A DNA stretch of 47,825 nucleotides from the NCBI GenBank assembly GCA_036280455.1, contig DASUQS010000192.1, positions 1 to 47,825 on the forward strand. Reading direction: 5' to 3'. The translations under genes were made by a program, and so were the position numbers. Shown here piece by piece: positions 35,355 through 43,943 of this stretch. The notes beneath the pieces are model-generated. The model was given only the letters and a program-made list of their open reading frames with translations. It was not told where the DNA came from and did not search any database. The DNA is from Acidimicrobiales bacterium. Its GTDB lineage: Bacteria; Actinomycetota; Acidimicrobiia; Acidimicrobiales; VFJN01. How positions within the stretch are numbered: the first letter of the stretch is position 1; the number at the start of each line of letters is the position of its first letter.

Positions 35355-35546
35355 GTGTCCAGCGTCGGGGATGCGCGCCCGCGGGGACAGAGGCCATCCG
35401 CACAGACCGCGACGACCAAGGGGTGGACCGACGTGAGGTCCTTCGGCCCTGTGACCGGGGTGGGGTGTGTCGTAGCGTTGCCTGGAGCTCGACGTGCACC
35501 GCACCGCGTGGTGGCCGTCGTGCTCGCCCCGGACGGAGGTGAGCCC

Positions 35547-36977
35547 GTGCTGCGTCTCGCAGACATCGTCGTGGAGCGGCGGTCTCCCGACCAGCTCGGC
35601 GCACTGGTCGGTGAGGAGCGCGCTGTCCGCTTCGCGGCGATGGCGGAGACGACGCGAGCGCTCCTCGACGGCCGTGCCGTGCTGAACGTGAGCTCGACCG
35701 CCACGGGCGGCGGGGTGGCCGAGCTGCTCCAGACGCTGCTCGCTTACGCCCGTGGGGTGGGGGTCGACGCGCGCTGGTTCGTCATCGACGGCGATCCGGC
35801 GTTCTTCGAGATCACCAAGCGCATCCACAACCACCTCTATGGGACGCGGGGCGACGGCGGCCCGCTCGGTCTCCCGGAGCGCCGACGCTACGAGCGGACG
35901 CTACGGGCGAACGCCGACGAGCTTGCCGGCATCGTCCGCCCGGGCGACATCGTCCTGCTGCACGACCCGCAGACGGCGGCCCTGGCCGACGCTGCGCACC
36001 GCGCCGGCGGCGTCGTCGTGTGGCGCAGCCACGTCGGCGTCGACACGCCGAACGCCCATGTCGACGAGGCGTGGGAGTTCCTGCGCCGGTACGTCGATGG
36101 TGCCGACGCCTTCGTGTTCTCGCGCCGGGCGTTCGCGCCGTCGTGGATCGACCCCGAGCGCCTCCACGTGATCGCGCCGTCGATCGACCCGTTCTCCGCC
36201 AAGAACCACGAGATGGCGCCGGCCGAGGCCGCCCGCGTGCTGCGCTACGTGGGCCTGCTCGCGGGCGACGAGCACCCCGCGCCCGCGCCGTTCGTCCGCC
36301 GCGACGGATCGCCGGGCCGGATCGACCGGCATGCCGACATCCTCCAGACCGGTCCTCCGCCGCCGAGCGACCGTCCGCTCGTCGTGCAGGCGTGCCGCTG
36401 GGACCGGCTGAAGGACATGCCGGGGGTGATGTCCGGCTTCGCCGAGATCGTCGCTCGGAGCAGTGACGCCCACCTCGTGCTGGCGGGGCCGTCGGTGTCG
36501 GGCGTGGCCGACGACCCCGAGAGCGAGGCGGTCCTCGACGAGTGCACCGCCGCGTGGCGGGCACTGCCCCATGGGCAGCGGTCTCGCGTCCATCTCGCCT
36601 GCACTCCGATGCGCGATCCGGACGAGACAGCGGCGATCGTCAACGCGCTGCAGCGCCACGCGTCGGTGGTCGTGCAGAAGAGCCTGGCCGAGGGCTTCGG
36701 GCTCACCGTGGCTGAGGCGATGTGGAAGCGGCGATCGATCGTGGCCAGCGGGATCGGCGGAATCGCCGACCAGATCGTCGACGGCGAGCACGGCCTGCTT
36801 CTCGACGATCCCACCGACCTCACCGCATTCGGGAAGGCCGTGCTGCGCCTGTTGGACGACCCGGAGCTGGCCGCACGGCTCGGGACGAACGCCCGCCGAC
36901 GGGCGTTCGAGGAGTTCCTGCCCGATCGGCACCTGGAGCAATGGGCCGCCCTGATGCACACCGCAGTGAGCGCGTGA
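35547..36977 (+). CDS. TreT-like (trehalose glycosyltransferring synthase-like) GT4 glycosyltransferase
   Basis: 476 aa from GTG 35547 (GGAGGT 6 nt upstream), in frame within track ORF 34062..36977. Motifs: LNVSSTATGGGVAELLQTLLAYARGVGVDARWFVIDGDPAFFEITKRIHNHLYG (TreT N-terminal signature) and VVQKSLAEGFGLTVAEAMWKRRSIVASGIGGIADQI (GT4 EX7E). Confidence 0.85.
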   Translation: MLRLADIVVERRSPDQLGALVGEERAVRFAAMAETTRALLDGRAVLNVSSTATGGGVAELLQTLLAYARGVGVDARWFVIDGDPAFFEITKRIHNHLYGTRGDGGPLGLPERRRYERTLRANADELAGIVRPGDIVLLHDPQTAALADAAHRAGGVVVWRSHVGVDTPNAHVDEAWEFLRRYVDGADAFVFSRRAFAPSWIDPERLHVIAPSIDPFSAKNHEMAPAEAARVLRYVGLLAGDEHPAPAPFVRRDGSPGRIDRHADILQTGPPPPSDRPLVVQACRWDRLKDMPGVMSGFAEIVARSSDAHLVLAGPSVSGVADDPESEAVLDECTAAWRALPHGQRSRVHLACTPMRDPDETAAIVNALQRHASVVVQKSLAEGFGLTVAEAMWKRRSIVASGIGGIADQIVDGEHGLLLDDPTDLTAFGKAVLRLLDDPELAARLGTNARRRAFEEFLPDRHLEQWAALMHTAVSA

Positions 36978-37981
36978 CGCCCGGGCGACGGGCGGGGCCC
37001 CACGCACGCCTCGATCCGCTCACCGGCCGCACGGTGATCGTCGCGCCCGGGCGGGCAGGGCGGCCGGACACCTGGGGGCGTGCTGCCCCCGGGCGGGAGG
37101 GCGCCACGGCTTCCGTGCCAGGCGACTGCCCGTTCTGCCCTGGCAACGAGAAGCTCACGCCGCCCGAGATCGCTCGCACGGGCCCCGGTGCCCCCGGGAC
37201 GCCGGGCTGGCGCACCCGTGTGTTCCCCAACCGCTACCCGATCGTCGACGGCGGCACGGCCGGCAGCGTCGTGGCAGCCGACGATCTGCGGCCGGAACGC
37301 TCCGTTGCCGGCGTTCACGAAGTGGTCGTGCTCTCGCCCGACCACGAAGGCTCCTTGGGACGGCTCGATCCCTCCCAGGCCACCGAAGTCCTGACGGTGC
37401 TGCGGGACCGGGCGCGGGTGCATGCGGCGTTCGGCCGCCGCGCCACGCAGGTCTTCGTCAACCACGGTGCCGCGGGCGGGGCGTCGCTCCCGCACCCGCA
37501 CGCCCAGGTCATCGCCATCGACCTCGAGCCGCCGGCCGTGCGCGGCGAGCTGGATCGGATCACGACACCCGATGGCTGCCTCGTGTGTCGGGAGATCGGC
37601 CGCCACGGTCGCGACCCTGAGCTGGTGGTGGCGAGCGCTTCCCGAGCGGAGTTGTGGTGCCCGTGGGCGGCGGGCACGGCGTACGAGATGCTCCTCGCTC
37701 CGACGCGGCACCAGCCCCGGTTCGAGGACGCCGACGAGGAGGACCTGGGTGCGGTCGGCGAGCTTCTTCACCACGGGCTCGAGCGACTCGATCGGGTCGT
37801 CGCGGGAGCGTCGTATCAGATCGCCGTGCACTCTCGTCCGGCCAGGGTCGTCGACGACTACCACTGGCACCTGCACATGTGGCCCAGGTTGCAGCGGGAG
37901 GCGGGGTTCGAACACGGGTCCGGGCTGCTCGTCAACGTCGTCGATCCGGCCAGGGCCACCGCCGACCTGCGGCGACGGTGA
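36974..37981 (+). CDS. GalT-like HIT-superfamily nucleotidyltransferase/phosphorylase (galactose-1-phosphate uridylyltransferase family; ADP-glucose phosphorylase-like)
   Basis: 335 aa from GTG 36974 (GTGA overlap with the TreT-like stop). Motifs: Zn-site CPFCPGNE, VFPNRYP, and the catalytic loop NHGAAGGASLPHPHAQVIA (HxHxQ). Confidence 0.85.
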   Translation: MTPGRRAGPHARLDPLTGRTVIVAPGRAGRPDTWGRAAPGREGATASVPGDCPFCPGNEKLTPPEIARTGPGAPGTPGWRTRVFPNRYPIVDGGTAGSVVAADDLRPERSVAGVHEVVVLSPDHEGSLGRLDPSQATEVLTVLRDRARVHAAFGRRATQVFVNHGAAGGASLPHPHAQVIAIDLEPPAVRGELDRITTPDGCLVCREIGRHGRDPELVVASASRAELWCPWAAGTAYEMLLAPTRHQPRFEDADEEDLGAVGELLHHGLERLDRVVAGASYQIAVHSRPARVVDDYHWHLHMWPRLQREAGFEHGSGLLVNVVDPARATADLRRR

Positions 37982-37990
37982 GCCGCGCCG

Positions 37991-38362
37991 ATGACGCACT
38001 CGGCAGGACTGCACACCGCCGGGCGCGGGCTCACCCGAGCTGAGGCCGCGGCACGGCTGGTCGCCGACGGACCGAACGACCTGCCGGCCCCGCCGCGGGT
38101 GCGGTGGTGGCGTCGCCTGGCGGCGGAGATGTTCCACTTCTTCGCTCTGCTCTTCTGGGTCGCCGGCGCGCTCGCCTTCGTCGCCGGCCTGCCGCAGCTC
38201 GGGATCGCGGTGTTCGCGGGTTTCCTCTACGTGACGCCGATCGCCGAACTGCTCGACCAGGCGCCGCCGTCCCTGCCGGGCTTCCTGGTCGCGCTGCTGG
38301 CGATCCCCGCCGTCCTGGCCGCGGATGCGATCCACAAGTCCTGGAGACGACGGGAGCGTTGA
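37991..38362 (+). CDS. 123-aa membrane ORF resembling a P-type ATPase N-terminus joined directly to a P-type ATPase C-terminal helix (mini-protein or internally deleted pseudogene)
   Basis: GLTRAEAAARLVADGPNDLPAPP...WRRLAAEMFHFFALLFWVAGALAFVAG matches the Cation_ATPase_N domain plus TM1. The C-terminus LVALLAIPAVLAADAIHKSWRRRER resembles the final TM and basic tail of these pumps (compare ...VALTEVGKLVLRRI in 2133..4922). No A, P or N domains lie in between. Confidence 0.55.
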   Translation: MTHSAGLHTAGRGLTRAEAAARLVADGPNDLPAPPRVRWWRRLAAEMFHFFALLFWVAGALAFVAGLPQLGIAVFAGFLYVTPIAELLDQAPPSLPGFLVALLAIPAVLAADAIHKSWRRRER

Positions 38363-38381
38363 CGTCAGAGCCTGGCGCCGG

Positions 38382-39419
38382 TCACTGCCGGATGATCTCG
38401 CCGCTGCCGGGCGGCAGGATCTCGACCCAGGTGACACCCGGCGCGAGCCGCAGCGGCTGGCCGGCCGTGTCGGTGTAGGTGGTGACGGCCTCGGCGGAGG
38501 GCTTGTGCCAGCGACCCGGCTGCGCGTCGCCGCCGCTCAGCAGCCACGCCTCGCCCTCGCCCACGGTCTCAGCCTCGGGCACGACGGCTCCCGTGGAGTC
38601 TCGCACCCCGCTGTCCCCATAGGGCGTGAACCGCACGATGACGTTCGTGGCTCGCACGCGCGCGCCCGTGGTGTCGACATGGGGCGTGCCGTTCTGGTTC
38701 CGCGCCCACCCGTCGCGTTCCGCGTCCCAGGTCCACTCGATGTCGGTGGCGAGTGAGCCGGTGGTGCGGAACCCGGTGGCGGGCGCGGCCTCGGTGCCCG
38801 GCGGCTCGCCGGCCTGACGGTAGGTGAAGAGCGGGTCGGGTGGGGTCGTTGCCGCCGGCTCGTCGGCAGCCGCCTCGCGCACGAGGTCAGGCGCGGCATA
38901 CAGGTTGTACGGCGCCGAACGGCCATCCGAGCGGTCGTACGCGTCGGGGGCCGCGGCGGCGCCGACGTCGATGACGTCCGCTGATCGCACTGCGGCCGCG
39001 AACGTGGGGTTGGCGCCCGACCACGCGAACAGCGGCCGGCCCAGCTCGTCCAGGATGGAGAGGTCGGTGGAGCGTGCCGAGCGGACGGGACCGACGGTGT
39101 CGGGGTCGTGCGACTGGTACACGGCGAGCAGCCGCGTGAGACCGCCCTCGACCATCTCCTCGAACACCACGTCGGCCTCCGAGAGCCCGGACTGTGGACG
39201 TCCCCGCTCGGTGTCGTCGATCTTGACCGCGAGCGCGGCACGCTCGGGCACCGGTCCCACCGTGCCGAGCAGAGGCAGCACTCCCGCCGACGGTTCGGCG
39301 GTCGATGGCGGGGTCGCGGCCTCGTCGTCGCCGTCGCGCCCGAGCACCACCGCGAGCGACGCCGCCCCGACCACGATCACCGCCGCGGCCCCGATCACAG
39401 CACGTCGGCTCGACGACAT
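38382..39419 (-). CDS. DUF3048 domain-containing secreted/membrane-anchored protein
   Basis: 345 aa from ATG 39419 (MSSSRRAVIGAAAVIVVGAASLAVVLG; the track start at 39461 is also possible). ALAVKIDDTERGRPQSGLSEADVVFEEMVEGGLTRLLAVY is the characteristic DUF3048 N-terminal motif. Confidence 0.8.
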   Translation of the reverse strand: MSSSRRAVIGAAAVIVVGAASLAVVLGRDGDDEAATPPSTAEPSAGVLPLLGTVGPVPERAALAVKIDDTERGRPQSGLSEADVVFEEMVEGGLTRLLAVYQSHDPDTVGPVRSARSTDLSILDELGRPLFAWSGANPTFAAAVRSADVIDVGAAAAPDAYDRSDGRSAPYNLYAAPDLVREAAADEPAATTPPDPLFTYRQAGEPPGTEAAPATGFRTTGSLATDIEWTWDAERDGWARNQNGTPHVDTTGARVRATNVIVRFTPYGDSGVRDSTGAVVPEAETVGEGEAWLLSGGDAQPGRWHKPSAEAVTTYTDTAGQPLRLAPGVTWVEILPPGSGEIIRQ

Positions 39420-39655
39420 CGATCGAGCATCAGCGTTCGTCACGTTCTCAGCAGAGGGCACGCAGGGTCACGACGCCAGGGCCGATCGTCACATACGGGG
39501 GTGTGCTCAGCTCACCGCGCCGCGTCGAGCTCGCGTCTCGGCGGGGGAGAGGGACATCCGGCCCTGTCCCGGGGAGATCGACACCCGTGCTGTACCTCTG
39601 CGTGCGGGGACCTTCGGCCCTGGCCGGTGTGGCAGGTGGGCGCGACGCTCGGGTC

Positions 39656-39748
39656 ATGGCCGAGATCGAGCGCATCGCGAAGCGCGAGGCCCGGATCGAG
39701 GCCCGTCGCGCCGCTCTGGACGCTCGGGAGCACGCCCCCGAGAAGTAG
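39656..39748 (+). CDS. Possible 30-aa charged helical peptide upstream of adh
   Basis: ATG 39656: MAEIERIAKREARIEARRAALDAREHAPEK*. Codon third positions are G/C-rich, and it ends 33 nt before the ADH start. No homology was recognised. Confidence 0.25.
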   Translation: MAEIERIAKREARIEARRAALDAREHAPEK

Positions 39749-39781
39749 CGGGCGACGACGAGAAGACCGAGGAGGTCTCCG

Positions 39782-40825
39782 ATGCATGCACTCGTGTTCC
39801 ACGGTCCCGGTGAGAAGGCATGGGAGGAGGTGCCGAAGCCCACGCTGCAGGACGACACCGACGCGATCGTGCGGGTCGACGCGGTGACGATCTGCGGCAC
39901 GGACCTGCACATCCTGAAGGGCGACGTCCCTGCGGTCACGGATGGCCGCATCCTCGGCCACGAGGCCGTGGGCACGGTGGAGGAGGCCGGCTCGGCGGTC
40001 AAGACCGTGAAGGTCGGCGACAAGGTCCTCGTGTCGTGCATCACCGCGTGCGGAACCTGCCGGTTCTGCCGCGAGGGCAGCTACGGCCAGTGCATCGGGG
40101 GCGGGGGGTGGATCCTCGGGCACACGATCGACGGCACCCAGGCCGAGTACGTGCGCGTGCCGTTCGCCGACACATCGACCCACCGGGCCCCGGCTGGTGT
40201 GTCCGACGAGCAGTTGCTCATGCTGGCCGACATCTTGCCGACCGGCTACGAGGTCGGCGTGCTCAACGGCGCGGTGCGCCCCGGTGACGTGGTCGCCGTG
40301 GTGGGGGCCGGCCCCATCGGCCTGTCGGCGATCATGGGCGCCCGGCTGTTGAGCCCGGCCCACGTCGTGGCGATCGACCTGGCCGACAGCCGGCTCGAGG
40401 CCGCCAAGCAGTTCGGGGCAGATGTGACCGTGAACAACGGTCGCGAGGACGCCGTGGCTGTCGTGGCCGGCCTCACCGAGGGGCTGGGTGCCGACGTGGC
40501 GATGGAGGCCGTCGGCGTGCCTGCGACCTTCGAGCTGGCCGCGCAGCTCATCCGCCCGGGTGGGCGGGTCGCCAACATCGGCGTGCACGGTGAGCCGGTG
40601 GCGCTTCACCTCGAGGACCTGTGGATCCGCAACGTCACGATCACGACGGGGCTGGTCGACACGTACTCGACGCCCACCCTTCTCAAGCTCACCGAGAGCC
40701 ACCAGGTGGACGCCGGCCGCTTCGTCACGCACCACTTCGCCCTCGCCGACTTCATGGAGGCCTACGAGGTCTTCGGCAATGCGGCCGACACCGGGGCGCT
40801 GAAGGTCGTCCTCACCGCCGCCTGA
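39782..40825 (+). CDS. adh: Zinc-dependent alcohol dehydrogenase (MDR superfamily)
   Basis: 347 aa with catalytic Zn ligands in ICGTDLH and GHEAVG, the structural Zn cluster CITACGTCRFCREGSYGQC, and the NAD(P) fold VVGAGPIGL. GAGGAGG lies upstream of the start. Confidence 0.92.
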   Translation: MHALVFHGPGEKAWEEVPKPTLQDDTDAIVRVDAVTICGTDLHILKGDVPAVTDGRILGHEAVGTVEEAGSAVKTVKVGDKVLVSCITACGTCRFCREGSYGQCIGGGGWILGHTIDGTQAEYVRVPFADTSTHRAPAGVSDEQLLMLADILPTGYEVGVLNGAVRPGDVVAVVGAGPIGLSAIMGARLLSPAHVVAIDLADSRLEAAKQFGADVTVNNGREDAVAVVAGLTEGLGADVAMEAVGVPATFELAAQLIRPGGRVANIGVHGEPVALHLEDLWIRNVTITTGLVDTYSTPTLLKLTESHQVDAGRFVTHHFALADFMEAYEVFGNAADTGALKVVLTAA

Positions 40826-40948
40826 CGGCTGTCGCAGCACGCACACGGGAAGGGTCGACAACGGCCACAGGCGGAGCCGAAAGGCCCTGCTCCGGATCCG
40901 TACGGGCGCTCATCCTGTCTGAAGAGGCCAGCTTGCAGGAGGTGGCCG

Positions 40949-41251
40949 ATGGTCAGAAGCCAACAGCGAGGAGGTTGCTGCATCGTCGACTGGTCGCTGC
41001 CGGAGGGCGAGGTCGGAGGCGTGGTCGTCACCGTCGATGTCCTCGAAGAGGACCTCGATCCCGACGACACCCGTGTGACGTGGTGTCCCGTGTGTCGTGG
41101 TGCGAGCGCGATGCGTGCGGCGGAGACTCCCGACGGACGACGATTCGACCTGTGCGATGGCTGCGGCCTGCTCTGGCACGTCGACCGGGGCCTCGGCCGC
41201 GTGACGGCACGCGCGGCTCTGTGGCACCTCCGCGAGGCCGGGCCAGACTGA
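40949..41251 (+). CDS. Hypothetical small protein with two CxxC pairs (Zn-ribbon-like)
   Basis: 100-aa ORF with WCPVCRG ... LCDGCG. Codon bias is moderate. A competing antisense ORF (40910..41260) looks less protein-like. Confidence 0.4.
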   Translation: MVRSQQRGGCCIVDWSLPEGEVGGVVVTVDVLEEDLDPDDTRVTWCPVCRGASAMRAAETPDGRRFDLCDGCGLLWHVDRGLGRVTARAALWHLREAGPD

Positions 41252-41408
41252 GGGCCGCAATCGGCCGGTGGGCGTGGCAGTCAGGCGGGGGCGACGGCGC
41301 GCCGCCGCCCTGAGGGCCCGCGATCCCGGTCGTCGGCCGGTCGTCCGCGGTCGACGACGTCGGGTCTGCGCTCCTCAGACAGCCGTACGGTCGAACCAGG
41401 CGCTGGAA

Positions 41409-41423
41409 CGCAGGTTTCCTGCG
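41409..41423. terminator. Short hairpin CGCAGG-ttt-CCTGCG between convergent genes
   Basis: A perfect 6-bp inverted repeat, 3 nt downstream of the minus-strand stop at 41427-41429. It is small, so this is a weak call. Confidence 0.2.
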
Positions 41424-41426
41424 CGG

Positions 41427-42347
41427 TCACGGAGTCGGCTGGGCGCGCACGGACGATTCGTCGGCGACTCGCCCGTCCTGGTTGACGGCGCGGATCTCGA
41501 CGTGGTCGGAGAACACGCCGAGCTCGACGAAGTGGTGCCAGGAGAACGAGACGGCGGTGAAGTCGTCCTCGCCGGTGCGTCGGGTGCCGGCGGCTGCGCC
41601 GGTGACGACGTAGGTGACGCCGTGGATCGGCACGCTGCGCTGGTAGTCGTGATCGTGGCCGGAGATCACGAGTTGCACCCCGTAACGCTCGAAGAGCGGG
41701 ACGAAGGCCTCGCGCACCTGCTCGCTCGAGCCCTGGTAGCCGGCGGAGTAGGGCGGGTGGTGCACCACGATGATCCGCCACCGCTCTGTGGCCGCCGCCA
41801 GGGTGCGCTCGAGCCATGCCCGCTGGTCGGGGTCGTCGGCGTGGTTGGAGTCGAGTCCGACGAGAAGGACGTCGCCGAGGTGGCGAGCCCACCACGGCCC
41901 GGGCATGCCGAGTGCCGCCACCTGTGCGGCCTCGCGCGTCACGTCGTGGTTGCCGAGCACCGCATAGAGCGGGGCATCGTCGAGGATGTCTGCGAAGGGG
42001 CCGAAGACCGTCCCGGGCAGCTCGGCAGGGTCGCCGGAGGGGTAGGCGTTGTCGCCTGTCAGGACCAGGCCGTCGATCGGCTGAACGGCGTCCACTTCCT
42101 CGACGGCGCGCGCGGTCGCGTCGAGGCGCGAGCCGCTGTCGCCCACGTCGCCGACGACAGCCAGATGCAGTTCGAGCGGATCGTCCGCCGGGAACGGAAG
42201 CCACGCGGCGGTTTCGGTCGGGCTGCCCTTGCGATGGGTGACGTAGCGCGTGATCTGGTCGCGGTAGGTCAGGCCGACGGCCATGAGAACCAGCGCGCCG
42301 GCGAGCGCGACGATCCGAACCGTCAGGCGTCGCGGTGACGTGTGCAC
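41427..42347 (-). CDS. Membrane-anchored metallophosphoesterase (calcineurin-like / purple-acid-phosphatase-like)
   Basis: 306 aa from GTG (complement of 42345-42347; VHTSPRRLTVRIVALAGALVLMAV is the TM anchor). Motifs: AVVGDVGD, LVLTGDNAY, VLGNHD, VVHHPPYS, ISGHDHDYQR. Confidence 0.8.
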   Translation of the reverse strand: MHTSPRRLTVRIVALAGALVLMAVGLTYRDQITRYVTHRKGSPTETAAWLPFPADDPLELHLAVVGDVGDSGSRLDATARAVEEVDAVQPIDGLVLTGDNAYPSGDPAELPGTVFGPFADILDDAPLYAVLGNHDVTREAAQVAALGMPGPWWARHLGDVLLVGLDSNHADDPDQRAWLERTLAAATERWRIIVVHHPPYSAGYQGSSEQVREAFVPLFERYGVQLVISGHDHDYQRSVPIHGVTYVVTGAAAGTRRTGEDDFTAVSFSWHHFVELGVFSDHVEIRAVNQDGRVADESSVRAQPTP

Positions 42348-42357
42348 GAGCGCGACT

Positions 42358-42987
42358 TCATCGTCGTCCCGACCGGAGCTGTCCGGCGCCGGCCAGAGGA
42401 CGCTCGGGACGGGGCGAGGTACCCCCTCCCGGCCGATCGGAGGTGCCTCCGCGGACCGGGCGGTTGCGAGGGCTGAGGATGCGCACGAGGCTGAGGAACA
42501 CCACGGCGGCGGCGACCAGATCGATGCCGGCGCGGGCGAGGGGGTGGGGTGCATCGGTGCCGGCGAGGATGAAGTGGAACGTCGCCGTCCAGAACAGCAC
42601 GTAGCTGGCCAGGTGCACCCCTCGCCACACGCGGCGGGGCATGCGGCGCATGGCGAGTGAGGTGGCCTCGACGGCGACGAGCAGGTACAGCGACAGGACA
42701 CCAAGGCCCACCGGGCCTGGCTTCCACCCGCTGGCGTACGGGACGAGCAGGTCGGCCAGCCCGAAGTCGACGTAGTCGTCCGCCACGAGGCCCGCGAGGT
42801 GCAGGAAAGTGAACACGACTGCGGAGCCACCGAGGAAGCGATGGAGGTCGAGCAGCCAGGCCGGGGTGGGCCGTCCTCGGGCGAGGCGGGTGCTCAGCAG
42901 CAGCCCCCAGATCACCGATGCGGCGAGCAGAGCCCACGCGACGATGCCGGTGGCCCGCGCGATGTACCACCACACCTGCGGGTTCAT
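42358..42987 (-). CDS. Ferric-reductase-like (MsrQ/FRD-type) di-heme transmembrane protein
   Basis: 209 aa from ATG (complement of 42985-42987; an ATGA overlap with the ApbE stop). It has six TM segments with conserved His pairs (DLHRFLG, FLHLAG, GVHLASY, TFHFILAG). Confidence 0.8.
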   Translation of the reverse strand: MNPQVWWYIARATGIVAWALLAASVIWGLLLSTRLARGRPTPAWLLDLHRFLGGSAVVFTFLHLAGLVADDYVDFGLADLLVPYASGWKPGPVGLGVLSLYLLVAVEATSLAMRRMPRRVWRGVHLASYVLFWTATFHFILAGTDAPHPLARAGIDLVAAAVVFLSLVRILSPRNRPVRGGTSDRPGGGTSPRPERPLAGAGQLRSGRR

Positions 42988-43940
42988 CGCAGCGTCGCCT
43001 GGAGAGCGGGGTCGGCGTGGCGGCGTCCGTCGGCCGTCACGACGAGGGCGTGGACGTCGGGGTGGGCGTCGAGCGCGTGGGGCCCGTCCAGGAACAGGGC
43101 CTTGGTGAGCGCCTCGGCCCGCCAGGCGCGGTCGGCGACGACGGTGACCGCCACGGTGTCGCCGGTGCTGGATCGTCCGGTCGTCGGGTCGATGAGGTGG
43201 TGTGCGGGCCCGGTTGCGGTGCGCCACTGCCGGTGCAGGCGGCTGGACGTCGCGACTGCACCGTCGCGGAGCGAGAACCGGGCCAGCTCGTGTCCGGGTC
43301 GCAGAGGGTCGGGCAGGCTGACCGGCCAGCCCTCCGGGTCGGGTGCGTCGCCGGCGGCGCGGAGGTCGCCCCCGAGGTTGACGAGAGCACCGAGGGCGCC
43401 CGCCTCGAGGAGCGCGTCGGCGACGAGGTCGGAGGCCAGGCCCTTGCCGATGCCGCCCGGGTCGAATCTCGCCCCGGCGGGAAGCGTCACCGTGCTGCGC
43501 TGCGGGTCGAGCTCGATGCCGGCCGGGCCCGGCACCGGCTCCCCGTCGCCTGCGTCGCCGAGGGGGAGTGAAGACCGGTTCACCTCGGCGAAGTCGCGGT
43601 CGTAGCCGAGGGCGACGAGGGCGGCGCCGACGGTGGGATCGAAGCGGCCTGCGGTCAGCGTCCACGCGGCGATGGCGTGGGCCACGAGCGTGAACGTGTC
43701 TGCCGACACGACGACCGGGGCACCCACCGCCCGGTTGAGCACGCTGACCTCGCTGTCGGAGCGGAATCGGCTCCACCGCCCTTCGAGCACCTCGATGCGC
43801 GCCCAGGCATCGGCGACGAGGTCGGCGACCTCGAGTGGGTCGGCATCGGGCTCGGCGACGACGAGGACTTGGGCGTCGCTGCCCATGGCTCGCCGGCGCT
43901 GCTCGTGCAGGGTTCGGGCTTCGGACCAGGTGACGGTCAT
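42984..43940 (-). CDS. apbE: FAD:protein FMN transferase (ApbE family)
   Basis: 318 aa. Motifs: RFRSDSEVSVLN, FDPTVGA, FDPGGIGKGLASD, LVNLGGD, HHLIDPTTG. Confidence 0.88.
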   Translation of the reverse strand: MTVTWSEARTLHEQRRRAMGSDAQVLVVAEPDADPLEVADLVADAWARIEVLEGRWSRFRSDSEVSVLNRAVGAPVVVSADTFTLVAHAIAAWTLTAGRFDPTVGAALVALGYDRDFAEVNRSSLPLGDAGDGEPVPGPAGIELDPQRSTVTLPAGARFDPGGIGKGLASDLVADALLEAGALGALVNLGGDLRAAGDAPDPEGWPVSLPDPLRPGHELARFSLRDGAVATSSRLHRQWRTATGPAHHLIDPTTGRSSTGDTVAVTVVADRAWRAEALTKALFLDGPHALDAHPDVHALVVTADGRRHADPALQATLR

Positions 43941-43943
43941 CGG

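Noticed and set aside
37901-37920. GGTTCGAA, a tRNA T-loop-like string (a similar GTTCGAATC is near 29141)
   Set aside because: Both lie inside well-supported coding frames, and no acceptor or anticodon stems can be drawn around them. No tRNA, rRNA or tmRNA was found anywhere in the window.
36245-38437. 730-aa minus-strand ORF
   Set aside because: It is antisense to the TreT-like, GalT-like and mini-ATPase genes and is low-complexity Arg/Pro/Ser-rich sequence.
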